Below are positions 30,662-40,473 of a stretch of 62,482 nt of DNA, in pieces; within the stretch, counting starts at the first letter, position 1, and every line of letters begins with the position of its first letter. The stretch comes from Ignavibacteriota bacterium (GTDB lineage Bacteria; Bacteroidota; Ignavibacteria; UBA10030; CAVZMI01). The stretch covers positions 1 through 62,482 of the forward strand of contig CAVZMI010000010.1 in the NCBI GenBank assembly GCA_963776275.1. Reading direction: 5' to 3'. A model generated the notes under the pieces. That model was given only the letters and a program-made list of their open reading frames with translations. It had not been told where the DNA came from and ran no database searches. The translations under genes were made by a program, and so were the position numbers.

Positions 30662-33600
30662 ATGAAACTTGCTGATGTCTCTATAGAACGCCCGGTCTTT
30701 GCGACGATGATGATTCTTGCACTGATCGTGCTTGGACTTTTTTCATTTATTAAATTGAATATCGATCTGTTCCCCGATATCGATTTTCCATACGTCACAG
30801 CGACAACGGTACTCCCGGGTGCAGGGCCGGAGCAGATCGAAACCGACGTGACGAAGAAAATCGAGGATGCGGTCAATACTATCGGCGGTATCGATCACAT
30901 AACATCGATTTCGCAGGAAGGCGTGTCTATTGTTATCATCCAGTTCAAGTTGGAAGTCGAGGGAAAGCAGGCGGCTCAGGAAGTGCGCGAAAAAACCGCC
31001 GCGATTCGATCCGATCTTCCGACCGATATCCAGGATCCTGTGATCCAGCGAATCGATCCCGCCAGTATACCCATATTCACACTCTCGGTATCGGGCGAAC
31101 GGTCTGAAAAAGAAATTACTACATATACCAAAAATATAATCAAGAAACGACTTGAGAACGTGCCGGGAGTCGGCCGGGTCGACTTGGTCGGCGGTGCAGA
31201 GCGTGAAATCCAGATCGAAGTCGATGCCGCGCGTTTGCAGGCATATAATCTCTCCATTCAGGACGTTATCCAGAATGTAGCCTCGTCGAATGTCGAAGTT
31301 CCCGCAGGCAATCTTGTCCAGGGCCAGCGCCAGCTTCTGCTGCGCACAATGGGAAAATATACAAATGTCGACGAATTTAATAGGGTAATTGTAGCCACTC
31401 CAGGCGGGCGGGTTGTCCATCTTTCAGAGGTAGCGCGTATCATTGATGGTGTGAAAGAGCAGGTGAGTCTAACACGGGTCAATGGTAGGAGTGCGATTGG
31501 ATTGAACATTTTAAAACAATCGGGGAGCAATACCGTTCGGGTTGCGGATGCGATACAGAAAGAAATAGCGCGCGTCCAGAAAGATCTTCCCGGCGACGTT
31601 CAGATAACCATCGCGCGGGATAACAGTGTGTTTATACGTGATGCCGTACGCGATGTACTGTTCGATATCATGTATGGAGGGCTGCTGGCCGTAATCGTGG
31701 TGTACCTATTCCTCGCAAATCTACGATCGACGATCATCAGTGCGATCGCGCTACCGACATCGATCATCGCCAGTTTTATCATCATGTATGCGTTGAACTT
31801 CACGCTGAATATGATTTCTCTGCTGGCACTTTCGCTTGCTGTCGGATTACTCATCGACGATGCAATTGTCGTAATCGAAAATATTTACCGGCACATGCAG
31901 CAGGGCGCAACACCGATGGAAGCCGCGAAGGTGGCGACAAGTGAAATCGGACTCGCCGTCATGGCGACGACATTTACAATCGTTGCCGTGTTTATCCCGA
32001 TCGCCTTCACACCAGGTATTGTCGGACGATTTTTCTATCAGTTCGGTATTACAGTCTCGGTTGCAGTACTCGTGTCGTTGTTCGTCGCTTTTACGCTGAC
32101 GCCGATGCTTTCCTCCCGCTGGCTCAGCGAGGCCGATGAAAAACTGACCAACGAGGGTTCGATTCTCAGGAAAGGGCTTTATTATTTCAATCATTTCTTC
32201 GAGATCCTCAGTCAGCGATATCGGAAAGCCATTTCATGGTCGCTCGCACATCGTAAAACCGTCATCTTTGGTTCGATTGGCGTTTTTCTGTTCAGCATCG
32301 TGCTCATCAGATTCCTCGGCACATCGTTTTTCCCGACGAGCGACCAGGGTGAATTTAATATCAGCATCAACGCGGCACCCGGTAGTTCTCTGGAACAAAC
32401 AAGCGCCATTTGTGCCGCGGTTGAAAGAGTCGTACAGAAACAACCTGAAGTCATTACGGTATTGACGACAATCGGCGCCGGTAATGATCCGGTGACGAAG
32501 GGAAATATCCTCGTGAAACTTGTTAAGAAAAACAAGCGTAAGCGGGGTGTCGAACGGATCATGGACGATCTGAGGGTGGAGCTAAGCACTATCCCCGGTG
32601 CGAATATAGGATTCGGGGCAGCAGGAGGGGTCGGCGGCAATCAAAAGCCTGTGATTATGAGTGTCCGCGGGGACGATATCGCGACGATAAAAGGTATTGC
32701 CGACCGTGTCGAACGAATCGTTCGTACGACTCCGGGAGCTGTAGATATTGAAAACAGCCTCGAAATCTCCAAGCCCGAAGTACGCATCCGCATCGACCGC
32801 GAGAAGGCTTCGGATCTCGGTATCAATGTCGGACTCATTGCCACTACCGCCCGAGCGATGGTCGATGGATTCGTCGCTACGAAATATCAGGAAGGAGATG
32901 AACAGTACGATGTGCGTGTCCGGCTGGCGAAAGAGGACAGGACGTCGCTCGAGAATGTCAACAACCTGACGGTCAAGAGTAATAAGGATGGAGCACCCGG
33001 ACAGAAATTATTGATCCCGGTGAGTTATGTTGCAGACATACGTCAAGGGTCGGGGCCGTCGAAAATTAACAGGTTTGACCGTCAACGCGAAATTCGCATC
33101 GATGCCAACCTTTCGAAGCGCCTCCTGGGTGATGTGATCGGAGATATTCAGAAACAAACGGATAGACTCGATATACAGGCCGGTTATTCTGTCGGCGTCG
33201 TAGGCCAGGGGCAAATGCAGGCAGAGTCGTTCGGCAACATTTTCCTGTCGCTGATGCTGGCGATTGTATTCGTGTACATCGTACTGGCTGCGCAATTCGA
33301 AAGCTTTTCATACCCGTTCGCGATCATGCTGGCTCTTCCGATGGCATTAATAGGAGCTGTTCTCGGGCTGCTCGTTTTCAGGAGCGCGCTTTCGATGATG
33401 TCCATGATCGGCGTCATCATGTTGATGGGATTGGTGACGAAGAACGGTATTTTGCTGGTGGATTACGCAAATGTCCTACGCGACCGCGGGCATGAGAGGA
33501 CCGACGCGCTGATTCGCGCCGGCGCCACGCGGCTCCGGCCGATTTTAATGACGACCTTTGCCATGATTTTCGGTATGGTGCCTGTAGCATTCGGTATTAG

Positions 33601-33784
33601 TGAGGGAAGCGAGTTCCGTTCACCGATGGGACAGGCGGTGATCGGCGGTTTAATCACTTCAACACTTTTAACGCTCTTTATCGTGCCTGTTGTATATTCT
33701 GTCATTGACGATATATCGTTCAAACGTGTATTCGGCTTAGCGTTTCGTTTAGTAGAATTCGTGAAGCGAAAATTGAAAAGATAG
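30662..33784 (+). CDS. RND efflux permease (AcrB family)
   Basis: GLLIDDAIVVIENI, LTPMLSSR, GLVTKNGIL and RLRPILMT motifs; 1040 aa. Confidence 0.95.
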   Translation: MKLADVSIERPVFATMMILALIVLGLFSFIKLNIDLFPDIDFPYVTATTVLPGAGPEQIETDVTKKIEDAVNTIGGIDHITSISQEGVSIVIIQFKLEVEGKQAAQEVREKTAAIRSDLPTDIQDPVIQRIDPASIPIFTLSVSGERSEKEITTYTKNIIKKRLENVPGVGRVDLVGGAEREIQIEVDAARLQAYNLSIQDVIQNVASSNVEVPAGNLVQGQRQLLLRTMGKYTNVDEFNRVIVATPGGRVVHLSEVARIIDGVKEQVSLTRVNGRSAIGLNILKQSGSNTVRVADAIQKEIARVQKDLPGDVQITIARDNSVFIRDAVRDVLFDIMYGGLLAVIVVYLFLANLRSTIISAIALPTSIIASFIIMYALNFTLNMISLLALSLAVGLLIDDAIVVIENIYRHMQQGATPMEAAKVATSEIGLAVMATTFTIVAVFIPIAFTPGIVGRFFYQFGITVSVAVLVSLFVAFTLTPMLSSRWLSEADEKLTNEGSILRKGLYYFNHFFEILSQRYRKAISWSLAHRKTVIFGSIGVFLFSIVLIRFLGTSFFPTSDQGEFNISINAAPGSSLEQTSAICAAVERVVQKQPEVITVLTTIGAGNDPVTKGNILVKLVKKNKRKRGVERIMDDLRVELSTIPGANIGFGAAGGVGGNQKPVIMSVRGDDIATIKGIADRVERIVRTTPGAVDIENSLEISKPEVRIRIDREKASDLGINVGLIATTARAMVDGFVATKYQEGDEQYDVRVRLAKEDRTSLENVNNLTVKSNKDGAPGQKLLIPVSYVADIRQGSGPSKINRFDRQREIRIDANLSKRLLGDVIGDIQKQTDRLDIQAGYSVGVVGQGQMQAESFGNIFLSLMLAIVFVYIVLAAQFESFSYPFAIMLALPMALIGAVLGLLVFRSALSMMSMIGVIMLMGLVTKNGILLVDYANVLRDRGHERTDALIRAGATRLRPILMTTFAMIFGMVPVAFGISEGSEFRSPMGQAVIGGLITSTLLTLFIVPVVYSVIDDISFKRVFGLAFRLVEFVKRKLKR

Positions 33785-33798
33785 ACTTAACGCCATTG

Positions 33799-33934
33799 AA
33801 ACTCTGCGTCCTTTGTGGATCCTCTTGCGCCGGAGGCGCATGCGCCTTTGGCGCAGTGTCCTCTGTGTTTATATTTTTATCTGTGTGAAAAATATAAACG
33901 CAGAGATCGCAGAGAAACCGCAGAGGAAACGGAG
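33799..33934. repeat. Intergenic inverted-repeat element, copy 2, carrying two inserted 15-nt hairpins
   Basis: CTCTGTGTTTATATTTTT/AAAAATATAAACGCAGAG stem; TGCGCCGGAGGCGCA and TGCGCCTTTGGCGCA at 33826-33855. Confidence 0.7.
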
Positions 33935-33955
33935 TAGAAATTGGAGAGTATCCGC

Positions 33956-34256
33956 ATGAAAATTGTTTACGTCATCTGCAATGAAGTCTACGACTGACCG
34001 CATCATGAGCATCCTCACCCGCACCGGCATCGATTACTATACTTGCTGGGAGCATGTAAAAGGAAAAGGACACGAAACGGAACCGCATCTCGGTACTCGA
34101 AGTTTCCCCGGCATGAATGCGGTCCTGATGATCGCCCTGCCTGAAAAGTCCACCCTCGATAAACTCATTGAAGCGATTGAAGAAGAAAATAAGGGAATAT
34201 TGAAACCGGACGATAGGATCAGGCTGTTTCAGGTGCCGCTGGAGAGGATCGTGTAG
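33956..34256 (+). CDS. P-II-like transporter-associated protein (PG0541-like); frameshift near 33990
   Basis: GGAGAG RBS and MKIVYVICNE, continuing as GIDYYTCWEHVKGKG..EPHLG; follows the RND gene. Confidence 0.7.
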
Positions 34257-34269
34257 TAATTGTGAAGAT

Positions 34270-34302
34270 AAAAAAACGTGTCCCGGGAGAAACCGGGACA
34301 CG
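34270..34302 (-). terminator. Intrinsic terminator
   Basis: Perfect 10-bp stem CGTGTCCCGG/CCGGGACACG with a T run on the minus strand. Confidence 0.7.
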
Positions 34303-34329
34303 AAGTGTTACAAACAACGAACAGAAAAA

Positions 34330-34500
34330 TTATTTTAGAAGCACAAGTCTTTCCGAGGTTGAAAATGCCCCCGCCTGCATCCGGCAAAAATATACTCCGC
34401 TTGAAAAGCCCTCTGCCTGCCATTCAACTCTATACACCCCGGTCGATTGTACTGTATTGACAAGGGTAGTAACTACCTGACTGGGGATGTCATATATTAT
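34330..34500 (-). pseudogene. Orphan T9SS C-terminal sorting domain remnant
   Basis: Hand translation IIYDIPSQVVTTLVNTVQSTGVYRVEWQAEGFSSGVYFCRMQAGAFSTSERLVLLK*; in-frame stop shortly upstream and no cargo domain. Confidence 0.75.
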
Positions 34501-34540
34501 ATATATAGCAAATATAATTAAAGAGCCCTTGAAGAAATCA

Positions 34541-34720
34541 TTACATTTGCCGTTCTTTCCTCACCAATAACAAAAATGAAATATTAAAGACCAGCGATAA
34601 TCCTGTCAAAAATCCCACAATGAAATTTGTATTAAATAATTCTCCACCAAATCGTTCTATAATAATACTCAGTGATAGTGAAAATAGACCTAATGAAAGA
34701 AAGATATAAGATTTCTTCAT
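34541..34720 (-). CDS. 59-aa two-TM membrane protein (below the ORF-track cutoff)
   Basis: MKKSYIFLSLGLFSLSLSIIIERFGGELFNTNFIVGFLTGLSLVFNISFLLLVRKERQM*; AGAAGGG upstream. Confidence 0.6.
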   Translation of the reverse strand: MKKSYIFLSLGLFSLSLSIIIERFGGELFNTNFIVGFLTGLSLVFNISFLLLVRKERQM

Positions 34721-34829
34721 ATACTTGATTCCCTTCTATGAATTATCCAACTTAAAGAAATGTCTAGGAATATTCAAGGATTAAATGGCCAGTAATTTTT
34801 CTCCTTGTAACTTCGCCTCAACCTCGACC

Positions 34830-34960
34830 CTTGCCCTGCCCTAAAGTTTATCCTGAGCTTGTCGAAGTGGACTACTTCCGCCAAAAAGATGGCGGACAGG
34901 TCGTCGAGCGACCCGCCGCAGTCCGCCGGTGGCGGACGGTAGGCGGGGAGGCGAAGGGTT
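34830..34960. repeat. Nested REP-like palindrome cluster
   Basis: CCTGAGCTTGTCGAAG (34852), TCCGCCA..TGGCGGA (34877-34896), and TCCGCCGGTGGCGGA (34922-34936) inside CCCGCC/GGCGGG. Confidence 0.75.
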
Positions 34961-34964
34961 GACC

Positions 34965-37013
34965 TCAATCGGCTTCTTGAGGCGCCGCAAACTTCCGTAC
35001 CGCCAGACTCATGCCAAGCAGAAACCAGATCATGGTCATAGACTCCTGATCGCCGAAGTTCCATTCCCCCAGTCCGTTGAAAAGAAAAGCGATCGTGCTG
35101 CCGGCGGCCCCGAGTACAATAGTGGAAAGTACATTTTCTTGTCGTATCGACCGGAATATTTGTATCTCGGTAAGAAGCGTTTTTCCGAGGAGGTAAAGAA
35201 CTGCCAGTGTACCGACAATACCGAAAATGACAAGAAACTGAATGTAATTGTTATGCAAATGGCCGAAATTTTCCTTCTCGTATGGCTGCTTGAATTGGGC
35301 ATAAGTGGTGGCGACATCCATATCGCCGATTCCGAACAGGGGATGCGCCCGGAAAATTCTCAGCCCGGTTTCCCACATCCGGAGACGCTGATAGTTCGTC
35401 GGATAATCGACGCTGGCGACACTTAACAGCCTGTTCCGTTGGCGGTCGACCAGGTAGATGTTTTCACCGTTCACACTTACTTTCCTCGGCACATATTCTA
35501 ATGGAATTTTTTGGCAGACCTTGAAAGAAGTACACTCTTCGGCAGAAGATATAACAAGGCCGGGAATTCCTGCAAGAACGATTGTTCTGCCATTTGTTGT
35601 GCAATCGATGATTCCTCCAAGGCTGTCATGTTTTTCGAGAAGAGTCACGGTTGTCGAATCGATTCGATAGCGCTCGAGTGTTTGTACAGTACCGATATAG
35701 AGATTTTTATTAACGGTAAACGCTGAAGCAACCGGTGAATTCAAATGGCTGCGGAATATTTCGAGATCGGGAATTCCTTGAGAGAGCGAGTAAAGGCTGA
35801 CAGTATCATCGAACGAGGAGAGTGTCAAATAATGTTCACTCACATACATATTTTGAAAACCGGCAGCCCTGGGACAGCGATAAATATCATCCAGTCTCAT
35901 AGGATCCCGGTAGACAGTGACACCGCTGTCCTTGTCGAGCGTATAGAGCAAACCATTGGCTGTAACGGTAGAACGGAGTAGTCCCGGTGACGAAAATACA
36001 TTTTCAATGACGAACTCCGAAGGTCCTTTTCTGTACAGCATCACCAACCGTGAATCGATTAATGAAGCGACATAGATGTTGTCTCGCCACTGAAGACATG
36101 AAACAACGGGGGCAGGCAGATGGACGTTGGAACGGCTGCCATTCTTTCCGATGAGGAGGATACCTTCTTTGTAATCACTGATCAGTACGACGCTGTCGGT
36201 GGGCATCACCTGATATACGGTTCCCTTTGTAGAAATGATATCGCTCTGACAGATCCCCCTGTCGGAATTCCGGTAAATGTACACATCGCTTTTTTCCTTC
36301 ACCAAAAAAGCGCCTCCGGCAACAACAACGATGATGGCAGCAAGTGCGGCCCATTTTTTCTTGATTGTCGAGACGGCAATCATGCCTGCAGCTGATCCAA
36401 GCCAGGCAGCACGCGTATAACTTGCGATCAAAGCGACAACCGAGACGAGCAACGCAATGGTAATCAACCAGCGGTGTAGGCGGCTTATCTTTTCATCGAC
36501 AGCAAAGGCAAAGAGGATTACCACCAGCATCGCCAGTAAACCCCCGGCAGTCATTACATGGCTGAAAGGGGAGGGCCCGTTGACGTGCAGCATATAAAGG
36601 TTCTGGACAAGGTGTTCGCGGGCAATGATGAGATATGCGACGGCTGTCAGTACCGCTCCAACTAGATAAATCTTAAAAATTACTTTTACAGTCTCGATAT
36701 CCTCAGCGGCATACAAGAGAGTATAAATGATAGGGATCAGCATAATTCGTTTCGCCATGATTATTGCCGATGAAGTGGGTTGAGTGGAGAATATAGTAGA
36801 CAGAGCCTCGGCGGCAATAAAAAAAAGGAATGCCCATTCCATGCCTGTTTTTTTGAATCGTTTCTGACTGAATGTAGCGCGAATAACAGCGAGGATCAGA
36901 GCGCCGAAATAGCCGATTTGATTGAGGAAGATCGAATTTGTCAGAGTAACAGCAAAAAAACAAATCGAATAGAAAATTAATTTATCTAAAATCTTTATTT
37001 TTGATAACGACAA
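34965..37013 (-). CDS. O-antigen ligase-family membrane protein with a large inserted soluble domain
   Basis: SYTRAAWLG, RLRMW..HPLFGIG and HLHNNYIQ motifs; long beta-rich insert between TM blocks. Confidence 0.8.
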   Translation of the reverse strand: MSLSKIKILDKLIFYSICFFAVTLTNSIFLNQIGYFGALILAVIRATFSQKRFKKTGMEWAFLFFIAAEALSTIFSTQPTSSAIIMAKRIMLIPIIYTLLYAAEDIETVKVIFKIYLVGAVLTAVAYLIIAREHLVQNLYMLHVNGPSPFSHVMTAGGLLAMLVVILFAFAVDEKISRLHRWLITIALLVSVVALIASYTRAAWLGSAAGMIAVSTIKKKWAALAAIIVVVAGGAFLVKEKSDVYIYRNSDRGICQSDIISTKGTVYQVMPTDSVVLISDYKEGILLIGKNGSRSNVHLPAPVVSCLQWRDNIYVASLIDSRLVMLYRKGPSEFVIENVFSSPGLLRSTVTANGLLYTLDKDSGVTVYRDPMRLDDIYRCPRAAGFQNMYVSEHYLTLSSFDDTVSLYSLSQGIPDLEIFRSHLNSPVASAFTVNKNLYIGTVQTLERYRIDSTTVTLLEKHDSLGGIIDCTTNGRTIVLAGIPGLVISSAEECTSFKVCQKIPLEYVPRKVSVNGENIYLVDRQRNRLLSVASVDYPTNYQRLRMWETGLRIFRAHPLFGIGDMDVATTYAQFKQPYEKENFGHLHNNYIQFLVIFGIVGTLAVLYLLGKTLLTEIQIFRSIRQENVLSTIVLGAAGSTIAFLFNGLGEWNFGDQESMTMIWFLLGMSLAVRKFAAPQEAD

Positions 37014-37106
37014 AAGAGAGTTTGTCCGTTAATGGTGGTACATGGTATTAATATTATAAAGGTACAGTAATGTTGGGAGAATTACCACTGAGGAGATGGC
37101 TTTATG

Positions 37107-37148
37107 GATTTATGATTGATGATTTTTGATTGATGATTTTTGATTTAT
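37107..37148. repeat. Six tandem GATTKWT heptamers
   Basis: gatttat gattgat gattttt gattgat gattttt gatttat. Confidence 0.8.
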
Positions 37149-37167
37149 GGATTTAGAAGCTCCGCAT

Positions 37168-38067
37168 CTATTTTTGGGGGATAGATCTTCCCTGTAAAAG
37201 ACTTTTTCCGACGGCGAGCGGTGTTGGGAAGCCAAGGAGTTCGCCGGTTGTCGGAGCGATATCTATTTGTGTTGCTTTCAGGGTATCCACAAAACCCAAC
37301 GGAATATTTCTTCCCGCCATGAGAAGCATGATGTGCCGGCATCCTTCGCAGCCGTCTCCGTGGCTTTCGAATCCTCCATGCGCATCGTCATGTCTTCCAT
37401 GATCATTGGTCACGATTAGAGTGGTTTTTCCTTTATAGAATGGATTCGATTGAATTTTCTGCCAGAGCACATACACCAGAGAATCGGCACGGACGATGGC
37501 TTTCAGGTAACCCTTCCACTCTCCGGTATGTCCTGCCGCATCGATATCGGGGAAATTTATCACCATAAGTTTCGGATGATTGGTTTCCATATGAAACATA
37601 ACCGAGTCGAGCACAGCTGGATCTCCTTCAGCGAATGAAAAAGTAGCCTTCAGTTCCCGGCCGTAATCGGCATGGGTACTATATGTGAGGACTTTAAGTT
37701 TCTTTTTTCCTGCAATCACATAATTCTTGGATTTTTTGGATTCTGTTGTTTTTCGATAGTATTCAAAAATTGTAGGCATTGTAGGTCGTTTGTTTCCCAG
37801 ATTATCGATGGTTTGCCACGTGCCGGTTTCGATCGATGAATGTCCCGGAATTGTAGAAGTCACTCCATCGTTTCTATAATTCGTGAATATTATTCCAGCC
37901 GGTCTGAGTTTCGTCCAAATGTTCCTGATGTAGGTGCTGTCCGAACCGAAGGTTTCGGAGTAGCGTGCACCGTCGAGTACAACGATGATTACATTCTGAG
38001 ATATCGTCTGTGAAAAGAACGAGAGAAGCAGGACAGCAATAATTGAAATCAAGTACTTTGGTTTCAT
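37168..38067 (-). CDS. Secreted alkaline phosphatase-superfamily protein
   Basis: VVLDGAR, TIPGH, DAAGH, TNDHGRH and DIAPT metal-binding motifs; signal peptide. Confidence 0.85.
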   Translation of the reverse strand: MKPKYLISIIAVLLLSFFSQTISQNVIIVVLDGARYSETFGSDSTYIRNIWTKLRPAGIIFTNYRNDGVTSTIPGHSSIETGTWQTIDNLGNKRPTMPTIFEYYRKTTESKKSKNYVIAGKKKLKVLTYSTHADYGRELKATFSFAEGDPAVLDSVMFHMETNHPKLMVINFPDIDAAGHTGEWKGYLKAIVRADSLVYVLWQKIQSNPFYKGKTTLIVTNDHGRHDDAHGGFESHGDGCEGCRHIMLLMAGRNIPLGFVDTLKATQIDIAPTTGELLGFPTPLAVGKSLLQGRSIPQK

Positions 38068-38133
38068 TGTGATTTTCCTATGAGAAATTGGATATTAATC
38101 ATAGATTTTTTTGGCCTCATTCTAGTTCTTAAT

Positions 38134-39003
38134 CTATTTCGATGTTCCAAAATTATATGCAAAACCGAGCCAGGGGAAAAATGGGAAGCCGCTACCCCCT
38201 GAGATTGTAGGTCGAATAAACCCAAGATCGGCGGCCAGGTTTTCACCGAAGAAACGTAATCCGAAAGAAATAATAGCGATGTCTGAATTTGGCGGTATCC
38301 AATTTTCTGTTATGAATTTACAGCTATTCGAGATACGTAGTTCGCCTCCGAGCATAACAATCGGTTTGTCGGCAGTCTTACTTCCGGAGAAACCCCAGCC
38401 AAGTCCGGCAGTCAGTGATGCATTTTGATTGCCATACGATCCGACACTGTAAACAATACCGACACCGTCACCGTCGCTTGTGGAGTTAATATAGAGAACT
38501 CCCCCCGCAAGGTTGAATTTATCGAGTTGGATTGGCGTAATTTTTGGAGCGAGATAAATGAGCTGGCCATTCAACCCAGGAAAAATTGAAATACCGCCGG
38601 CGAGCGTAAGAAAATCGGTGACGCCGAGAGCAAGAAACGGGAAAAACAACTCATAAGCCGAAAAATACCCCTGTCCCGATTTCAGGGATCGTGCAGTTGG
38701 AGCAAAAAACAAGCGCGTATTGTTCGGATCGTCTCTGACATACATCCCGTTAGCGACGGATCCCTGAAGGGTTTTAATTGATTTAACCTGACTTCTCAAA
38801 ATCACCATTGTAACATTACTCAACGTTTTGAAGTTGACCGAGATTGAATCCTCGGAGATGACATTCCCGATGAGCTCGCTCCCATCGATCAGTATCAGTT
38901 GCTGTGGTTTCTGTGGAGTGGTGTCCTGTTGGGAAAAACAGATCCCCACGGATAAAGACAATGCTGCGGCAAGAATACCGACGACAGTCCGGCGACAATT
39001 CAT
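38134..39003 (-). CDS. Hypothetical exported/outer-membrane protein
   Basis: Signal peptide, amphipathic strands, C-terminal FAYNF. Confidence 0.7.
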   Translation of the reverse strand: MNCRRTVVGILAAALSLSVGICFSQQDTTPQKPQQLILIDGSELIGNVISEDSISVNFKTLSNVTMVILRSQVKSIKTLQGSVANGMYVRDDPNNTRLFFAPTARSLKSGQGYFSAYELFFPFLALGVTDFLTLAGGISIFPGLNGQLIYLAPKITPIQLDKFNLAGGVLYINSTSDGDGVGIVYSVGSYGNQNASLTAGLGWGFSGSKTADKPIVMLGGELRISNSCKFITENWIPPNSDIAIISFGLRFFGENLAADLGFIRPTISGGSGFPFFPWLGFAYNFGTSK

Positions 39004-39051
39004 TTCATCAGCTCCTTTCCGTACTGACGGAAAATTTTTCCGTCGGTATGA

Positions 39052-39354
39052 TTACGGGTGACCGGGTTCGTAGAATATGGGGTTTCCCAGTTCTTTCAGT
39101 GAGAAGATATTGAAGATGTGGTGCCCGTCATAGTCAAGGACACGCAGATCATCCTCTTGTTTCAGGTCGCTCATGGTCGTATCAAAGTGCAGGCCGTATT
39201 TTTCCTTAGCGGCGTCCTCTGAGATTTCATATGCAAAAAATTTCTTTATTCCTTTTGTTGCCAGTTTCTTCACGAGATTTGGATTGGTGAAGGAATCATA
39301 TGAAGTCAGTATGACCAGAGGTCCCGATCCTGTAAAAAATATCCCTGCCTTCAT
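39052..39354 (-). CDS. Hypothetical cytosolic protein
   Basis: Strong AGGAGG RBS; 100-aa ORF with protein-like composition. Confidence 0.75.
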   Translation of the reverse strand: MKAGIFFTGSGPLVILTSYDSFTNPNLVKKLATKGIKKFFAYEISEDAAKEKYGLHFDTTMSDLKQEDDLRVLDYDGHHIFNIFSLKELGNPIFYEPGHP

Positions 39355-39459
39355 ATCACACCCTCCTTTCTTTGGATCTCTCGCCAGTGTATATCAACCT
39401 ACGACACCCAGATTAAACACTCACCACTCATCATTTAAAACTTAAAATTCTACATTAGA

Positions 39460-40320
39460 TTATTCCACAGCCCTTGGCGGTTTCCAGCCCGGCCGTGTCC
39501 ATTGAATAAGCTCGATCGTGATAGAACCGATAATCACGCTGGTTTTTGCTTTTATGGGTATCTGTGCGCCATCGTTGCTGAACCAGCCTTTGAAAGATCC
39601 GTTGAATCCAAAAATACCGTTGAACTTTGCATCGCCGTTGAATTCAATGACATCGATTGGATATTGAACAGCATCGATTTCAACGCTTGCGTTTTTCCCG
39701 GGAAAATTTAGAACGGTAGTGCCCTGGTTGTGCCTGATCATTGTCGGCACCGTAAACGGCTTCTCACTTTTTACATTTGCACGCGCGAAATAGAGTAGCG
39801 ATAAGCCATCCTGCGTCTTTATATCAATAGCTGCCGTATCTATTTTTTGGATATGGATATCGCTGGTATCATTTTCAGTTATGCCTTCGTCGATGAAAAT
39901 TATATTTTTCTGCCTATCATATCTGTACCGGAGAACCTCCCAGTTTGTTCCTTCTTGCTCACGCTGGACGAAAGATTGCGAATAGCACTCGTTATCCAGG
40001 ACAGATTGGAAAATAGCATGAAGATTTACGAATGGAATGCCTGAGTAAGAATTGATATATGCAATACAGGCGTACGATTTGTCTCCATTCTTTGTCTGTT
40101 CGCTCAGCACCTTCGTGCGAATAGCGCCTAATTTAATGAACCACCAGCTGGCTTCGTACGTCAGCTCTTCACCGACCTGTAGGAAACCGGTGTTAACTGT
40201 AGAATCGTGGATTTCAAGTTGTCTGACTGTTCTCTCCTGCGGCTCAATATTCCAGAGGTAATAAAGCGGCAGTAAGGACAGGAAAACGATAGTGATAAAG
40301 TGAAGAGAAAATGTTTTCAT
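39460..40320 (-). CDS. DUF3108-like exported protein
   Basis: GEELTYEASW, DGLSLLYFAR and WFSND..IPIK..IGSITIEL pattern. Confidence 0.7.
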   Translation of the reverse strand: MKTFSLHFITIVFLSLLPLYYLWNIEPQERTVRQLEIHDSTVNTGFLQVGEELTYEASWWFIKLGAIRTKVLSEQTKNGDKSYACIAYINSYSGIPFVNLHAIFQSVLDNECYSQSFVQREQEGTNWEVLRYRYDRQKNIIFIDEGITENDTSDIHIQKIDTAAIDIKTQDGLSLLYFARANVKSEKPFTVPTMIRHNQGTTVLNFPGKNASVEIDAVQYPIDVIEFNGDAKFNGIFGFNGSFKGWFSNDGAQIPIKAKTSVIIGSITIELIQWTRPGWKPPRAVE

Positions 40321-40430
40321 AGGTGTGATGTTCAAACGATATTCGGGAGTTTACAAAATTACGGTTTCAAATGCAATGTATGGTCGCGTTATAGTTTTAT
40401 TATCAACGATTCGGATTGGGGAAAGGCAAT

Positions 40431-40459
40431 TTGACTTTTGAGCCTTTTTGCAGTACATT
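40431..40459 (+). promoter_or_regulatory. Sigma70-type promoter for the tRNA locus
   Basis: TTGACT-17 nt-TACATT. Confidence 0.7.
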
Positions 40460-40473
40460 GAATTGATATATAC

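Noticed and set aside
34262-34480. Plus-strand 72-aa ORF
   Set aside because: Antisense shadow of the minus-strand T9SS CTD remnant
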